Source: Klebsiella phage FKP3
DNA length: 64,000 nucleotides
Sequence record: PP895363.1
Direction: 5' to 3' (one strand)
The translations under genes were made by a program, and so were the position numbers. This document shows, piece by piece, positions 26,241-35,651 of this stretch (its first letter is position 1; the number at the start of each line of letters is the position of its first letter). Below the pieces are notes generated by a model. It saw only the letters and a list, made by a program, of their open reading frames with translations. It was not told where the DNA came from and ran no database searches.

Positions 26241-26461
26241 GTACAGCTATTTATGTAAGAGGCGTGAGTGAGCACGAGCAATGCCTTTTCTCTTTTGGGG
26301 AAGGTGTAGAGATTGAAGATATGTATCAAGAGATTTGCGAAGTCTTGGATAATGAAGGATTCACAATTGTAAACTCATTCCTCGTTACCTCATCAGAATA
26401 TTTAGAGGTTGATTTAACACAGATGATGTTTAGTGTCCAAGAAACAGTTTTTGATTGGTAA
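26237..26461 (+). CDS. hypothetical protein, 74 aa
   Basis: ORF. Confidence 0.3.
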   Translation: MSTAIYVRGVSEHEQCLFSFGEGVEIEDMYQEICEVLDNEGFTIVNSFLVTSSEYLEVDLTQMMFSVQETVFDW

Positions 26462-26470
26462 GGAGAAATA

Positions 26471-27589
26471 ATGCTGCAATTAAATCCTACATTGTATGGT
26501 AAAGACACCAAAGGTAATATTAAAGAATGGTCTGTCTATACGGATGGTGCAACTGTTACAGTTGGTCATGGTCGTCTTGGTGGAAAGATTACTACGAAAT
26601 CCTATGAAGCAGAAGCTAAAAATGTTGGTCGATCCAATGAAACTACACCAGAAGAGCAAGCGGAATTAGAAGCTTTGGCAAAATGGACGAAGCAGCTTAA
26701 ACGCGGATATTACCACACCATTGAGGAAGCACAAGATCACGAACCCTTTACACCGATGAAGTGCCAGGATTATAAGGACTTCTCTCATAAAGTGCGTTTC
26801 CCAGGATATGCGCAATACAAGTTGAATGGTTTACGTTCTATGATTAACGATGATGGTGAATGCCTATCAAAAGCTGGTGAAGTGTATACACTTCCTGAAC
26901 ACTGGACTAAAATTCCTGAGTTCATTCAGGAAGATTTTGGGTATCCTTTAGATGGTGAAGTGTTTGCTGGCTTGGGTGTTCTGAGTCTGCAAGTCATCAA
27001 TGGAGCATGGAAGAAGTATAAGGCTGGTATCACTGAGCAATTAGGCTACTATGTATATGATATTCCTGTACCAGATCTACCATTCAAGAAGCGTGTAGAG
27101 TTCTTGAAAGACTTAGCAGAAATGGTTGTACAGGCTGGCTTAGAAGACCTTATTCATGTTGTGCATTCTGAGTACATTGAAAACCAAGAGCAGTTAGACG
27201 ATTTTTATGCAAAAGCTTTGGAAGATAAAGCCGAAGGTATCGTGTATCGCAACGAAGACGGTATCTATGAGTTCGGTAAACGTTCCTATGATGTTATCAA
27301 ACGTAAACCTCGTGGTAATATGGAAGTAAAAGTAACGGGTATGACTGTTGATAAAAATGGTGATGGGGTATTGACAGGGATCACAAAAGATGATAAGATT
27401 GTCGAGTTCCTAATGAGGAAAGATTCACATCCTACCATTAACTATCGCAAAGCCGATAACGCTTCGCAACTTATCGATCAATTTGTAGAAATTGAATATG
27501 AAGAATTATCTGACGCCGGGATTCCTACAAAACCAGTTGGTGTTCGTCTAAGAGAGATGATTGACGGGACATGGGAACCTGCCGAATAA
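26471..27589 (+). CDS. ATP-dependent DNA ligase-like protein (motif I is KLNGLR rather than KxDGxR)
   Basis: 372 aa; YKLNGLRSM nucleotidyltransferase motif; size similar to T7-type ligases. Confidence 0.4.
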   Translation: MLQLNPTLYGKDTKGNIKEWSVYTDGATVTVGHGRLGGKITTKSYEAEAKNVGRSNETTPEEQAELEALAKWTKQLKRGYYHTIEEAQDHEPFTPMKCQDYKDFSHKVRFPGYAQYKLNGLRSMINDDGECLSKAGEVYTLPEHWTKIPEFIQEDFGYPLDGEVFAGLGVLSLQVINGAWKKYKAGITEQLGYYVYDIPVPDLPFKKRVEFLKDLAEMVVQAGLEDLIHVVHSEYIENQEQLDDFYAKALEDKAEGIVYRNEDGIYEFGKRSYDVIKRKPRGNMEVKVTGMTVDKNGDGVLTGITKDDKIVEFLMRKDSHPTINYRKADNASQLIDQFVEIEYEELSDAGIPTKPVGVRLREMIDGTWEPAE

Positions 27590-27599
27590 GGAGGTAGAA

Positions 27600-27779
27600 T
27601 GTTTTACATTATTATGTTTGTGTTGTTTATTATCGCTATCGGTATTATAACCCTTGCGGAACAAGAAAGAAAAACTATTCCAGTACTAATCGCTCGTGTT
27701 ATAGTTGCAGCTATGTCTGGGATTGGTTTTGGCATAGTTGCATATGCCCTAGCACAATATATTTCTGATTTAATTTAAG
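27600..27779 (+). CDS. small membrane protein, 59 aa
   Basis: SD GGAGGTAGA-ATG; two predicted transmembrane segments. Confidence 0.3.
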
Positions 27780-27787
27780 GAGAAAGA

Positions 27788-28510
27788 GTGATTACAGATT
27801 TTTATAAACCTATTAAAGCCGATAATCAATTTTTCATTGACGCTGCTAAACATGTTATTGCATGGAATGCTAAAGCACGAGGAGGAGAAACTCCTGAGTT
27901 TACCAATGAAATGTTTATTGCACAGTTAGGATATGTCAGAGAAGAGTTAAAAGAATTTCAAGACGCTGCGAAGATTAACGATCATGTTGAACTTTTGGAT
28001 GCTGCCGCAGATGTTTTTGTAGTAGCTAGTTACCTAGTTTTTATGTTTACTAGTGAAGAAAATCTTGAAAAGATTTTAAGCACAGGTGTTGGTGATGTTT
28101 TCCCTGAAACAGTGTATGATGAATTTCTTTTATATGAGAAAGAAATGTCCACTGAGGTACAAATTATCCCTCTTACTATAGCTATGCTACGCATGGCAAG
28201 AGACACTCTAGTCCGTTCTAAGTACAACTACAAAAAAGTTGTTAAAGAAGTATTACGGAGTAATGACTCCAAATACCCAACTCGCAAACAACTTCTGGCA
28301 GTGTGGGAGACTAAGGACATTGATTTTGCGCTGGAGCAAGAATGTGCTGCAATCGAGGAGCGTAATAAGGATCGTCAAGAAGGTGCGTATACTGGTGTAC
28401 ATGCCACCTACAATGAGAAACAGAAAGTTTATGTGTTTTTTGATGATAAAGGGAAGATCATGAAACCTTCTACCTTTTCTAAACCTGATATTAAAAGTAT
28501 TGTAGGCTAA
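27788..28510 (+). CDS. MazG-like nucleoside triphosphate pyrophosphohydrolase (putative)
   Basis: EELKEFQDA...DHVELLDAAADVFVV E/D-rich helix motifs. Confidence 0.4.
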   Translation: MITDFYKPIKADNQFFIDAAKHVIAWNAKARGGETPEFTNEMFIAQLGYVREELKEFQDAAKINDHVELLDAAADVFVVASYLVFMFTSEENLEKILSTGVGDVFPETVYDEFLLYEKEMSTEVQIIPLTIAMLRMARDTLVRSKYNYKKVVKEVLRSNDSKYPTRKQLLAVWETKDIDFALEQECAAIEERNKDRQEGAYTGVHATYNEKQKVYVFFDDKGKIMKPSTFSKPDIKSIVG

Positions 28511-28547
28511 CTTTATGCCCCTTCGGGGGTAATGTTTGGAGGAAACC

Positions 28548-28832
28548 GTGTTTGAACAAAATCAAATTTTCGAGAACGGATTAGTACAGGTTATTCAAAA
28601 CCTCAAACGTGCAGGTATCGAAGACATTACAACAGAAGTTGTTGGATTGCATAGTGGCAACAAACACATGAAGTTCCGTTTCCATACTGAAGCACAGTGG
28701 TTAGCTGATCCTGCTAATAAAGTAAATGAAGCTGTGTGCCTATTTGGTAAGACTTACAAGGGTGAGTACAAGATGCCTGACTATATCGTGACCTATGAGA
28801 AGGTACAGTATTTCGTTGTTGAAGTGAAATAA
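28548..28832 (+). CDS. hypothetical protein
   Basis: GTG start with SD GGAGGAAACC (the track starts at TTG 28536). Confidence 0.3.
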   Translation: MFEQNQIFENGLVQVIQNLKRAGIEDITTEVVGLHSGNKHMKFRFHTEAQWLADPANKVNEAVCLFGKTYKGEYKMPDYIVTYEKVQYFVVEVK

Positions 28833-28841
28833 GGAGAAACT

Positions 28842-29726
28842 ATGTTTGCTAAAAAATTCAAATCTGCCCTTCCGCTGGCTGCTGCCGAAGGTCTGTCTAT
28901 TGCCGAACTAAATAACATCACTGATCGTCCTCTGGACTTCGTGATTGCAGAAGGTCAGCAAGCTCATACAATTGGCCTCGTTAAGTTTGAGGATGACCAA
29001 TCTTATGTGAAAGAGTTTAACGGTTTGCAACTGATCAACGTTGGTCAATCTATCAAGAAAGTGAACAAGAAAAAAGTGAAACGCCTGGTTGCTGCTAAGA
29101 TTAAACAGATGGAAGAAGACCATGCTATCGATAATCCAGGCATTGAGTTCTTCCTCGACAAAGAAAGCAAGAAAGCTATTGAAGCTGATGTTATTTTCTC
29201 TCTCCTCCCGGAGACAGAGGCAGATGATTTCTACAACTACGTAGTGCTTGATACTGAGATGGACATTCTGTACGTTATTAATGGTAGTAAGAAAGTCAGC
29301 GAGGAAATTACTGCATTCCTGCGTGATGTTCTGGGTAGTTTTGCAGTTATGGGTTTTGGTGTCCATGAAGACCTTATTGTAAAAGGTTTTGGTGAGATTT
29401 TAGAGACTCATGAATTTGAGCGTCTAACTCTTGGCAACTACATCAAACTGGAAGATGATGAAGGTATCGTTGTCTGGAGCAAAGAATCCCTGTATGACTC
29501 TAAAGCTCTAGAGCTGAAAGAAGATGGCAAATCTGTTCAGGCTATTGGTCTGGAGTACGATGGTGTTGTCAACTTCATTGTGGATAAAGATTTCCGTCTG
29601 AGCGGAATCAAGTTCCCGAAATACTTCAACGACGAGGAAGGTAGTATCGAAGCAGCAGTCCTACTGTGCTTCAAAGAGGTACGTGGTATGCTCGAAGATC
29701 TGGCTGGGGCTACTTTTAAAAAATAA
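28842..29726 (+). CDS. RdgC-like recombination-associated protein
   Basis: 294 aa; FSLLPETEADDFYNYVVLDTEMDILYVINGSKKVSEEITAFLRDVLGSFAVMGF resembles the RdgC core. Confidence 0.45.
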   Translation: MFAKKFKSALPLAAAEGLSIAELNNITDRPLDFVIAEGQQAHTIGLVKFEDDQSYVKEFNGLQLINVGQSIKKVNKKKVKRLVAAKIKQMEEDHAIDNPGIEFFLDKESKKAIEADVIFSLLPETEADDFYNYVVLDTEMDILYVINGSKKVSEEITAFLRDVLGSFAVMGFGVHEDLIVKGFGEILETHEFERLTLGNYIKLEDDEGIVVWSKESLYDSKALELKEDGKSVQAIGLEYDGVVNFIVDKDFRLSGIKFPKYFNDEEGSIEAAVLLCFKEVRGMLEDLAGATFKK

Positions 29727-29734
29727 CGCTTGAC

Positions 29735-29800
29735 TTACTGACTTCGTTTGTGTTAACATGCCCTCCTACTTAGTTAGGTGGGCATTATGAGGATAATATT
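29735..29800 (+). promoter_or_regulatory. putative promoter (TTGACT...TTAACAT) plus 5'-UTR hairpin ATGCCC...GGGCAT
   Basis: cgcTTGACTtactgacttcgtttgtgTTAACATgccctcctacttagttaggtgggcat. Confidence 0.3.
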
Positions 29801-30010
29801 ATGAAGAACATTCTACTTGTTTTATTATTAATCACAAGTGCTTCTGCAAAAGCAGGGCAAATAACCATTCCAAATTCAGGAGAAACTGTGAGTGGTGATA
29901 CAAAAGTTTGTTTCTATTCTAACTCAAATTATGACTTCACCTACGAAGTATCTGTAAATCGTCAATGTCCATATACAAAGACATTTTCAACCGACGAGGA
30001 TGATGAATAG
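29801..30010 (+). CDS. small secreted protein, 69 aa
   Basis: Signal peptide MKNILLVLLLITSASAKAG. Confidence 0.35.
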   Translation: MKNILLVLLLITSASAKAGQITIPNSGETVSGDTKVCFYSNSNYDFTYEVSVNRQCPYTKTFSTDEDDE

Positions 30011-30022
30011 GAGGGTAATATC

Positions 30023-31135
30023 GGCTACATATTAATAGAGCCGGAAGATTTACATAAGTATATTGATGAAAATACAACACTTGTAATTGACTATGATCAG
30101 ATTGCTTTCCAAGCAGCATCTGCTTTAGAGAAACGTTCAATCAGAGTTATACACAAATCTTCTGGGAACACAAAAGAGTTTGATAAACGTACCGATTTTT
30201 GGGGAAGTAGTAAAACAACCATTGGGGGTTGGTTAGGAGCTTTAAATAGCTCAAGAGAGAAGGCAGGCAAAAAAACTTTCTCAAAAGAAGATTTTGACAT
30301 TGAAGATGTTCAAGTTGCTCCTGACAATATTGCATTCACTTTTCAAGCAGCAAAAACAAAAATCGGTGGTATTTTAGACCATCTAAAAGTAACAAAATAC
30401 CGTGGCATTATCGGTGTAGGTAAAACATTCCGGCATTTATTCCAAATGCCAACAGAATACAAATCTGAAAGATCTGAAATAAAACCCTTACAATTATCTG
30501 AGACTAAAAATTACCTTGTTGAGCAGCATAACGGGGATGTGGTTACAGGTATTGAAGCAGATGATGAACTTGAAAAATTCGGTTTTACTGGATACTTAGA
30601 TTATCGTAAAACAGGAAAATTCTCATATATCGTTTGTTCTATTGATAAGGACAGCTTATCCACTCCTAGCTTACTATTCAACTTCTATAAAGAAGATGGC
30701 GTGTTTAAAACACCTCAGATAATTCTGATAGATGACTCTATCGGAGATATTTGGGTAGTAGAAAAAAGTAAAAAGAAAGAGGTTAAGGGTTGGGGTAGTT
30801 ATTGGTTAGCATATCAGATGCTTATGGGAGATAAAACAGATAGTATCCGTCCATACCAAGATTTTGATATTAAATTTGGCGATATGACATGTTATAAATT
30901 AATATCCCAGTGTAAAACCCAAGCAGAATTATTCCAAACCGTAAAAGATCAATACTATGAATGGTTCCCTACAGGAGTTACTTTTACATCTTTCGATGGA
31001 GTAGATGTATATCTGACTACTGATGAATGGCTAGAAATAATATTTCAATTGGTTTATATGAAACGTTGGGATAAAGATGAAACGACATTTGAGAGTATGC
31101 TACAAAGCTATATCTCAAAAGAGGAGGAAGTTTGA
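30023..31135 (+). CDS. rnh: RNase H / 5'-3' flap exonuclease (T4 rnh-like FEN); no canonical start codon, possible AUC/AUA initiation
   Basis: TLVIDYDQIAFQAASAL (T4: ICLIDFSQIALSTAL), GIEADDELE (T4: KYEADDHIA) and SIDKDSL (T4: SSDGDF); the frame is open from the upstream TAG with no ATG/GTG/TTG before M at 30446; SD AGGAGGG at 30009-30015. Confidence 0.5.
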   Translation, partial: GYILIEPEDLHKYIDENTTLVIDYDQIAFQAASALEKRSIRVIHKSSGNTKEFDKRTDFWGSSKTTIGGWLGALNSSREKAGKKTFSKEDFDIEDVQVAPDNIAFTFQAAKTKIGGILDHLKVTKYRGIIGVGKTFRHLFQMPTEYKSERSEIKPLQLSETKNYLVEQHNGDVVTGIEADDELEKFGFTGYLDYRKTGKFSYIVCSIDKDSLSTPSLLFNFYKEDGVFKTPQIILIDDSIGDIWVVEKSKKKEVKGWGSYWLAYQMLMGDKTDSIRPYQDFDIKFGDMTCYKLISQCKTQAELFQTVKDQYYEWFPTGVTFTSFDGVDVYLTTDEWLEIIFQLVYMKRWDKDETTFESMLQSYISKEEEV

Positions 31136-32100
31136 GTAAGTTAACAAATGAACAGAAAATCGAAATTGCATCGATGAAAGCTGCGGGTTATTCTTCCCGA
31201 CATATCGCAGCCAAGGTGCTAGGAAGCTCTAGTAGAAAAAGTACAGTAAACGACTTTCTTGCGAGACAAGAAAGCGTTAGTGAGATTAAAGATATTCCTG
31301 ATGGAATTAAGCAACCTGTGATAAAAATTATTGATGTGGAAACAGCACCAGAAATTGTATATAGTTTCCGCCGTTTCAAAGCTTTTATTTCGCCAGATCA
31401 AGTTATTAAACGCGGCTACCTGTTGTCTTATTCTATCTCTGATCTCTACACCGGAGAAGTTGAAGGTAAAAATTTAACTTCATACCCGTTGTTCGATATC
31501 GATCATACAGATGATTGGGAATTATGTCAAGACTTATGGCAGATTCTAGATGATGCTGATGTGGTTGTCGCACATAATGGGTATAAGTTTGATAGAGCCT
31601 ACATTAATCAAAGATTTGCTTATCATGGTATGAAACCACCATCTACGTATGTTGTTGTAGACACATTGAAAGCAGCCAAGAAACAGTTTGCGCTACCATC
31701 CAACTCATTAAAAGAAATGGGTGCATACTTTGAAACAGAGAGCGAAAAGCTAGATAATGAAGGATTCCCACTGTGGAAAGCTTGTTGCGAAGGGGATAGA
31801 AGTGCTTTCGAACGTATGCAAACATATAATGACGGGGATGTAGTTTCATTACGTGATTTGTATATTAAAATCTTGGCGTGGATTCCTCAACATCCTAATC
31901 TGTCAGCTTATTACGAAGACGAGAATGTTCGTTGTCCTCGTTGTGGGAAGGATCATTTAGAAATTGTACCTGGTAAGTTTTATCATACCACGGTAAGTAC
32001 ATTCCAAGTGTTGCGCTGCTCCTCTTGCAACAGCTTGTCTCGTGGGCGTATTAACCTACGTAATAAAGAAAAACGTGCCAATACAACTATTGGTATCTAA
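31132..32100 (+). CDS. DnaQ/DEDDh-family 3'-5' exonuclease with C-terminal zinc ribbon
   Basis: IDVETAP (exo I), VVAHNGYKFD (exo II) and YNDGDVV (exo III) motifs; CPRCG...CSSCN. Confidence 0.5.
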   Translation: MSKLTNEQKIEIASMKAAGYSSRHIAAKVLGSSSRKSTVNDFLARQESVSEIKDIPDGIKQPVIKIIDVETAPEIVYSFRRFKAFISPDQVIKRGYLLSYSISDLYTGEVEGKNLTSYPLFDIDHTDDWELCQDLWQILDDADVVVAHNGYKFDRAYINQRFAYHGMKPPSTYVVVDTLKAAKKQFALPSNSLKEMGAYFETESEKLDNEGFPLWKACCEGDRSAFERMQTYNDGDVVSLRDLYIKILAWIPQHPNLSAYYEDENVRCPRCGKDHLEIVPGKFYHTTVSTFQVLRCSSCNSLSRGRINLRNKEKRANTTIGI

Positions 32101-32106
32101 CACACA

Positions 32107-32130
32107 GGGGCTTCGGCCCCTTTCTTATTT
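32107..32130 (+). terminator. rho-independent terminator
   Basis: GGGGCttcgGCCCC followed by tttcttattt. Confidence 0.45.
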
Positions 32131-32140
32131 AGGAGATTAT

Positions 32141-32539
32141 ATGTCTGATGCATTAAACATTCAAATAGATGGCACGCATTACAAACGTCTTAAAATGCAG
32201 CCTCTGGAACTAGCCTACTTGGTGGGTGGGACGCCTTGTTTTACTAAGCTTGCAAAATATCTTGTTCGTGATAAAGGGGATCGTAGGATTAACCTTGACA
32301 AAGCTATCCATTGCATTAAAATTGAAGAGCAAATCAATGAAACTGCTACTTACCATGTTCTAGACTGCTATCCAACCCTTTCTAACTATGCTAAAAAAGA
32401 CCAAGCCCAGATGGTAATCAACATGTACTCTGATGACCCTTTTATACAAGCGGCTTTAAAAGCAATGCTTAATCAAGATTACAGAGCTGCTGTCCTAGAG
32501 GTGGAAGCTCTTAAGAGGTCACTAGATGGCGGAGAGTAA
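32141..32539 (+). CDS. hypothetical protein (132 aa)
   Basis: SD TTAGGAGATTAT-ATG. Confidence 0.3.
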   Translation: MSDALNIQIDGTHYKRLKMQPLELAYLVGGTPCFTKLAKYLVRDKGDRRINLDKAIHCIKIEEQINETATYHVLDCYPTLSNYAKKDQAQMVINMYSDDPFIQAALKAMLNQDYRAAVLEVEALKRSLDGGE

Positions 32540-32714
32540 ACAATACAAGGAAGGAGATGTTTATCATATTTATAATAAAAGAAAAAGCAAACTTCTTCAT
32601 ACTATTGTTATCCCCGAACATATGTGTAAATCAGGTTTAGATAGAATGCTATTTTTCAAATATAACATTCCACCGGGTGATTATTCAGCAGAGAAGGTAG
32701 GTAGTAGTGAATAA
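32526..32714 (+). CDS. hypothetical protein, 62 aa
   Basis: ORF. Confidence 0.25.
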   Translation: MAESKQYKEGDVYHIYNKRKSKLLHTIVIPEHMCKSGLDRMLFFKYNIPPGDYSAEKVGSSE

Positions 32715-33279
32715 AGAACCAAAAATAATGTGGGGAGAAGGAACTCCCTGGAAAACACAAGCAGAATTTTATACATATATAAGAGGGTGTTTACGAAAAG
32801 CATGGATGAGACACCCCAATAAAATAAGAAAAATCAATGCAGTTAGATTCAAAGTAGATAGACTTGACAAAGATGGTAATGTCATGTTAGATAAGAAAAC
32901 AGGTAAGCCAAAGCAAATATGGAATTGCACTTGTGATATCTGTGGTCATACAGGTAAAATGGCAGACTTCCAAGTAGATCATATCCATCCAGCTAAAGCC
33001 TTAACATGCTATGAGGATTTACCAGGATTTGTTCTACGTCTTCTATATGTCAAAGAAGAAGATTTGCGTATCCTGTGTAAACAGTGTAATGCAATACATG
33101 CTTATGCAGATAAGCATGGGATTTCTTTTGAAGAAGCTAGGATAGAGAAAGAAGCAATTGCTTTGTGTTCGGCTAAAAAAGATAAAGCTTGGCTTACAAA
33201 GCGTGGGGTTATTCCCGCCAGTACAATAATTAAGCGAAGAAAACAGATAGTTGAAATTTTGCTTGCATCTAAGTCTTAA
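32707..33279 (+). CDS. HNH nuclease
   Basis: CTCDICGHTG...QVDHIHPAK...CKQCNAIH. Confidence 0.5.
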   Translation: MNKEPKIMWGEGTPWKTQAEFYTYIRGCLRKAWMRHPNKIRKINAVRFKVDRLDKDGNVMLDKKTGKPKQIWNCTCDICGHTGKMADFQVDHIHPAKALTCYEDLPGFVLRLLYVKEEDLRILCKQCNAIHAYADKHGISFEEARIEKEAIALCSAKKDKAWLTKRGVIPASTIIKRRKQIVEILLASKS

Positions 33280-33309
33280 GAGAGTAATATAAGCCCCACA
33301 GACGGGGCT

Positions 33310-33921
33310 TTGAGGAGAAACATGAGAATCGTTTGTGATTGTGATTTAGTAATAGCTCCGGCTGATGTTGCCTGGCTTGCCTGGTTGAATGCTGTAAGTG
33401 GTGATAATGTGGTATTGCCAACATCTGGCAAAGATGCACTTTATAACCTAGCCGATTACTTCCCAGACTTCGAAAAAAGGTTTGGTATTGATCCGCACTC
33501 ATTCTGGGATAATCAGCATCTCTACGACACAATGGGTACAGTGCCAGGTAGCGTGAACACTCTTAACTATCTGGGTAAGGCTGGAGATACTCTTCTTATC
33601 GCAAGCCATACAAAGGGTGGACATTTTAGTTCCAAATATCGTTATATAAAGCGTAACCTTCCTGAATTTGATTTTGGGAGAGGCACAGGTAATGGCTTCT
33701 TCGCAACCAAGGAGAAATACTTACTACCTTGTGATATAACAATTGATGATCGGGCAGAAAATCTTGTGCTATTCCCGGATCATGTTGTAAAGATATACTT
33801 TAATACTATTTACGAAGACCCATTTTTAGAAGAATTAAAAGCACTACCAAATGTATTGATAACTTCAATTGAAGATCCTTGGAAGGATATCTTTAATGTT
33901 GTGGACATTTATCATAAATAA
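33310..33921 (+). CDS. HAD-family 5'(3')-deoxyribonucleotidase (putative)
   Basis: N-terminal VCDCDLVIA (the DxD motif of HAD phosphatases); 203 aa. Confidence 0.35.
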   Translation: MRRNMRIVCDCDLVIAPADVAWLAWLNAVSGDNVVLPTSGKDALYNLADYFPDFEKRFGIDPHSFWDNQHLYDTMGTVPGSVNTLNYLGKAGDTLLIASHTKGGHFSSKYRYIKRNLPEFDFGRGTGNGFFATKEKYLLPCDITIDDRAENLVLFPDHVVKIYFNTIYEDPFLEELKALPNVLITSIEDPWKDIFNVVDIYHK

Positions 33922-33930
33922 GGAGAAACA

Positions 33931-34878
33931 ATGCCAGATATTAGCGCAAAAGTAATTGCTCATTCACATAATGGGCGTGGAAATGAAATCATCACCTTCG
34001 AGTTGGAATATCCTCGAATCATCCATAGCGAGTTAATGACACATCGCTTATTCAGTAGAAATGCTGCTTCTAGCCGCGCAATTCCAGTAAAAACACTAAT
34101 TGAAATGGTTAGAAATGAACCTGCAATGCCTTATCGGTTTGGGGCTAATCAACCAGGTATGCAAGATAAGGGCGTAGAACACGATGGTATTGTGGGTGCA
34201 GGATACACTGGTCGTGAATGGTGGAAATTGGCTGCTCTTAGTGCAGCACGTTTTGCAGAGGAACTAGCAGAAGCTGGTTATCATAAGCAGATTGCTAATC
34301 GTCTCCTAGAGCCGTTCCAGAGAATGAAAACAGTACTCACTGCAACAGAGTATGAAAACTTTTGGTGGCTGCGTGTAGACGCTGATGCTGATCCGACTAT
34401 CGAAGCTCTTGCTATTGCGATGCACAAAGAGTATGAAGCATCTGAACCAGAACTGTTGCAACCCGGACAATGGCATACGCCTTATGTCTATCATTCAACA
34501 GATATTAAAGGTAATTTTGCTGGATATTACATCTTAGATGAAAATGGTGAATGGCCTGTAGATTTGACACTGGAAGAAGCGAAGTCTATTTCAGCTTCCT
34601 GTTGTGCTCAGGTGAGTTATCGTCGTCTAAACTCTACTAAAGATAAGGCTTTGGATATCTATGGACGTTTACTGACTGGTCGTAAGGTACATGCTTCTCC
34701 ATTTGAGCATCAGGGAACACCTATGGAAGAAATAGATGGGTATAAAAATATGCAGGAATACAAGTGTGGTTGGGAAGACGGGGTAACACATATGGATCGA
34801 GATGGTGATTTATGGTCTGCAAACTTTAAAGGATGGATTCAACATCGTCAGCTTTTGGATAACCACACCAAGTGGTAA
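33931..34878 (+). CDS. thyX: flavin-dependent thymidylate synthase ThyX
   Basis: ELMTHRLFSRNAASSRAIP carries the ThyX RHRxxxxxxxSxR signature. Confidence 0.65.
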   Translation: MPDISAKVIAHSHNGRGNEIITFELEYPRIIHSELMTHRLFSRNAASSRAIPVKTLIEMVRNEPAMPYRFGANQPGMQDKGVEHDGIVGAGYTGREWWKLAALSAARFAEELAEAGYHKQIANRLLEPFQRMKTVLTATEYENFWWLRVDADADPTIEALAIAMHKEYEASEPELLQPGQWHTPYVYHSTDIKGNFAGYYILDENGEWPVDLTLEEAKSISASCCAQVSYRRLNSTKDKALDIYGRLLTGRKVHASPFEHQGTPMEEIDGYKNMQEYKCGWEDGVTHMDRDGDLWSANFKGWIQHRQLLDNHTKW

Positions 34879-34884
34879 TTTAAG

Positions 34885-34966
34885 TATTGACTTTTACTTG
34901 AGATTAATGTAAGATAGCATAACGTTGGGAGAGCTATAGCTCTCCTTTGGAGAATAAGGAGAATTT
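34885..34966 (+). promoter_or_regulatory. putative promoter (TTGACT-N17-TAAGAT) plus palindromic 5'-UTR hairpin GGAGAGCTATAGCTCTCC
   Basis: taTTGACTtttacttgagattaatgTAAGATagc...gggagagctatagctctcc. Confidence 0.35.
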
Positions 34967-35380
34967 ATGTCACTAATTAATACAACCACTTGGGCGACCG
35001 TAAGCATGTCTACCATCAAAGCTACACCTATCTGGCAGAAAAAAGAACAGGAAAATAATGGCACAATCCCAAATTCAGAATATTCTAATGTGTTACGAGC
35101 TGCTCTCGTTATGTTAGGTATGCCTGAAAATGGACATTACACTGTTGAGCGCGATATGAATATTCGTAGTAATAATAATCGTCGTGTTGTTTATGCTAAA
35201 ACCACTTTATTTACTTTCCCTGTAGATGCAAATTGTCTATTTAAACGTGTATATCAAAACAATGACATTTTACATTTTGGAGAAGAAGAATTCGAAGGTT
35301 GGGGTGTTTCTCATATTAAAATGGAAGACTTTGGAAATGAACATGATCCGTCACGTAATGATGATGGCTCTGATTTCTAA
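34967..35380 (+). CDS. hypothetical protein, 137 aa
   Basis: SD AAGGAGAATTT-ATG. Confidence 0.3.
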   Translation: MSLINTTTWATVSMSTIKATPIWQKKEQENNGTIPNSEYSNVLRAALVMLGMPENGHYTVERDMNIRSNNNRRVVYAKTTLFTFPVDANCLFKRVYQNNDILHFGEEEFEGWGVSHIKMEDFGNEHDPSRNDDGSDF

Positions 35381-35641
35381 TTGAGAGGCCAAATGACCGA
35401 AAGTAATAAATATGAAGGTTGTGATATTGAAGTTTACTTTGATGAAAGTATTGGCTGTAATGTCACAGTAATTAAAGACACATCTAAACGATTATCCCCT
35501 AAAAGACAAGAAGCAGATCGTAAAGCTAAAGAAAAAGGTTTTCAAGATATTACTCATTTTGAAGGATTCTTATATGCAAATGGCTTATATAACGAAATGA
35601 AAACAGGGTATGATGTAGATGTTTTAAATATGCATAATTAA
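35381..35641 (+). CDS. hypothetical protein, 86 aa
   Basis: ORF. Confidence 0.3.
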   Translation: MRGQMTESNKYEGCDIEVYFDESIGCNVTVIKDTSKRLSPKRQEADRKAKEKGFQDITHFEGFLYANGLYNEMKTGYDVDVLNMHN

Positions 35642-35651
35642 TGGAGTAGAA

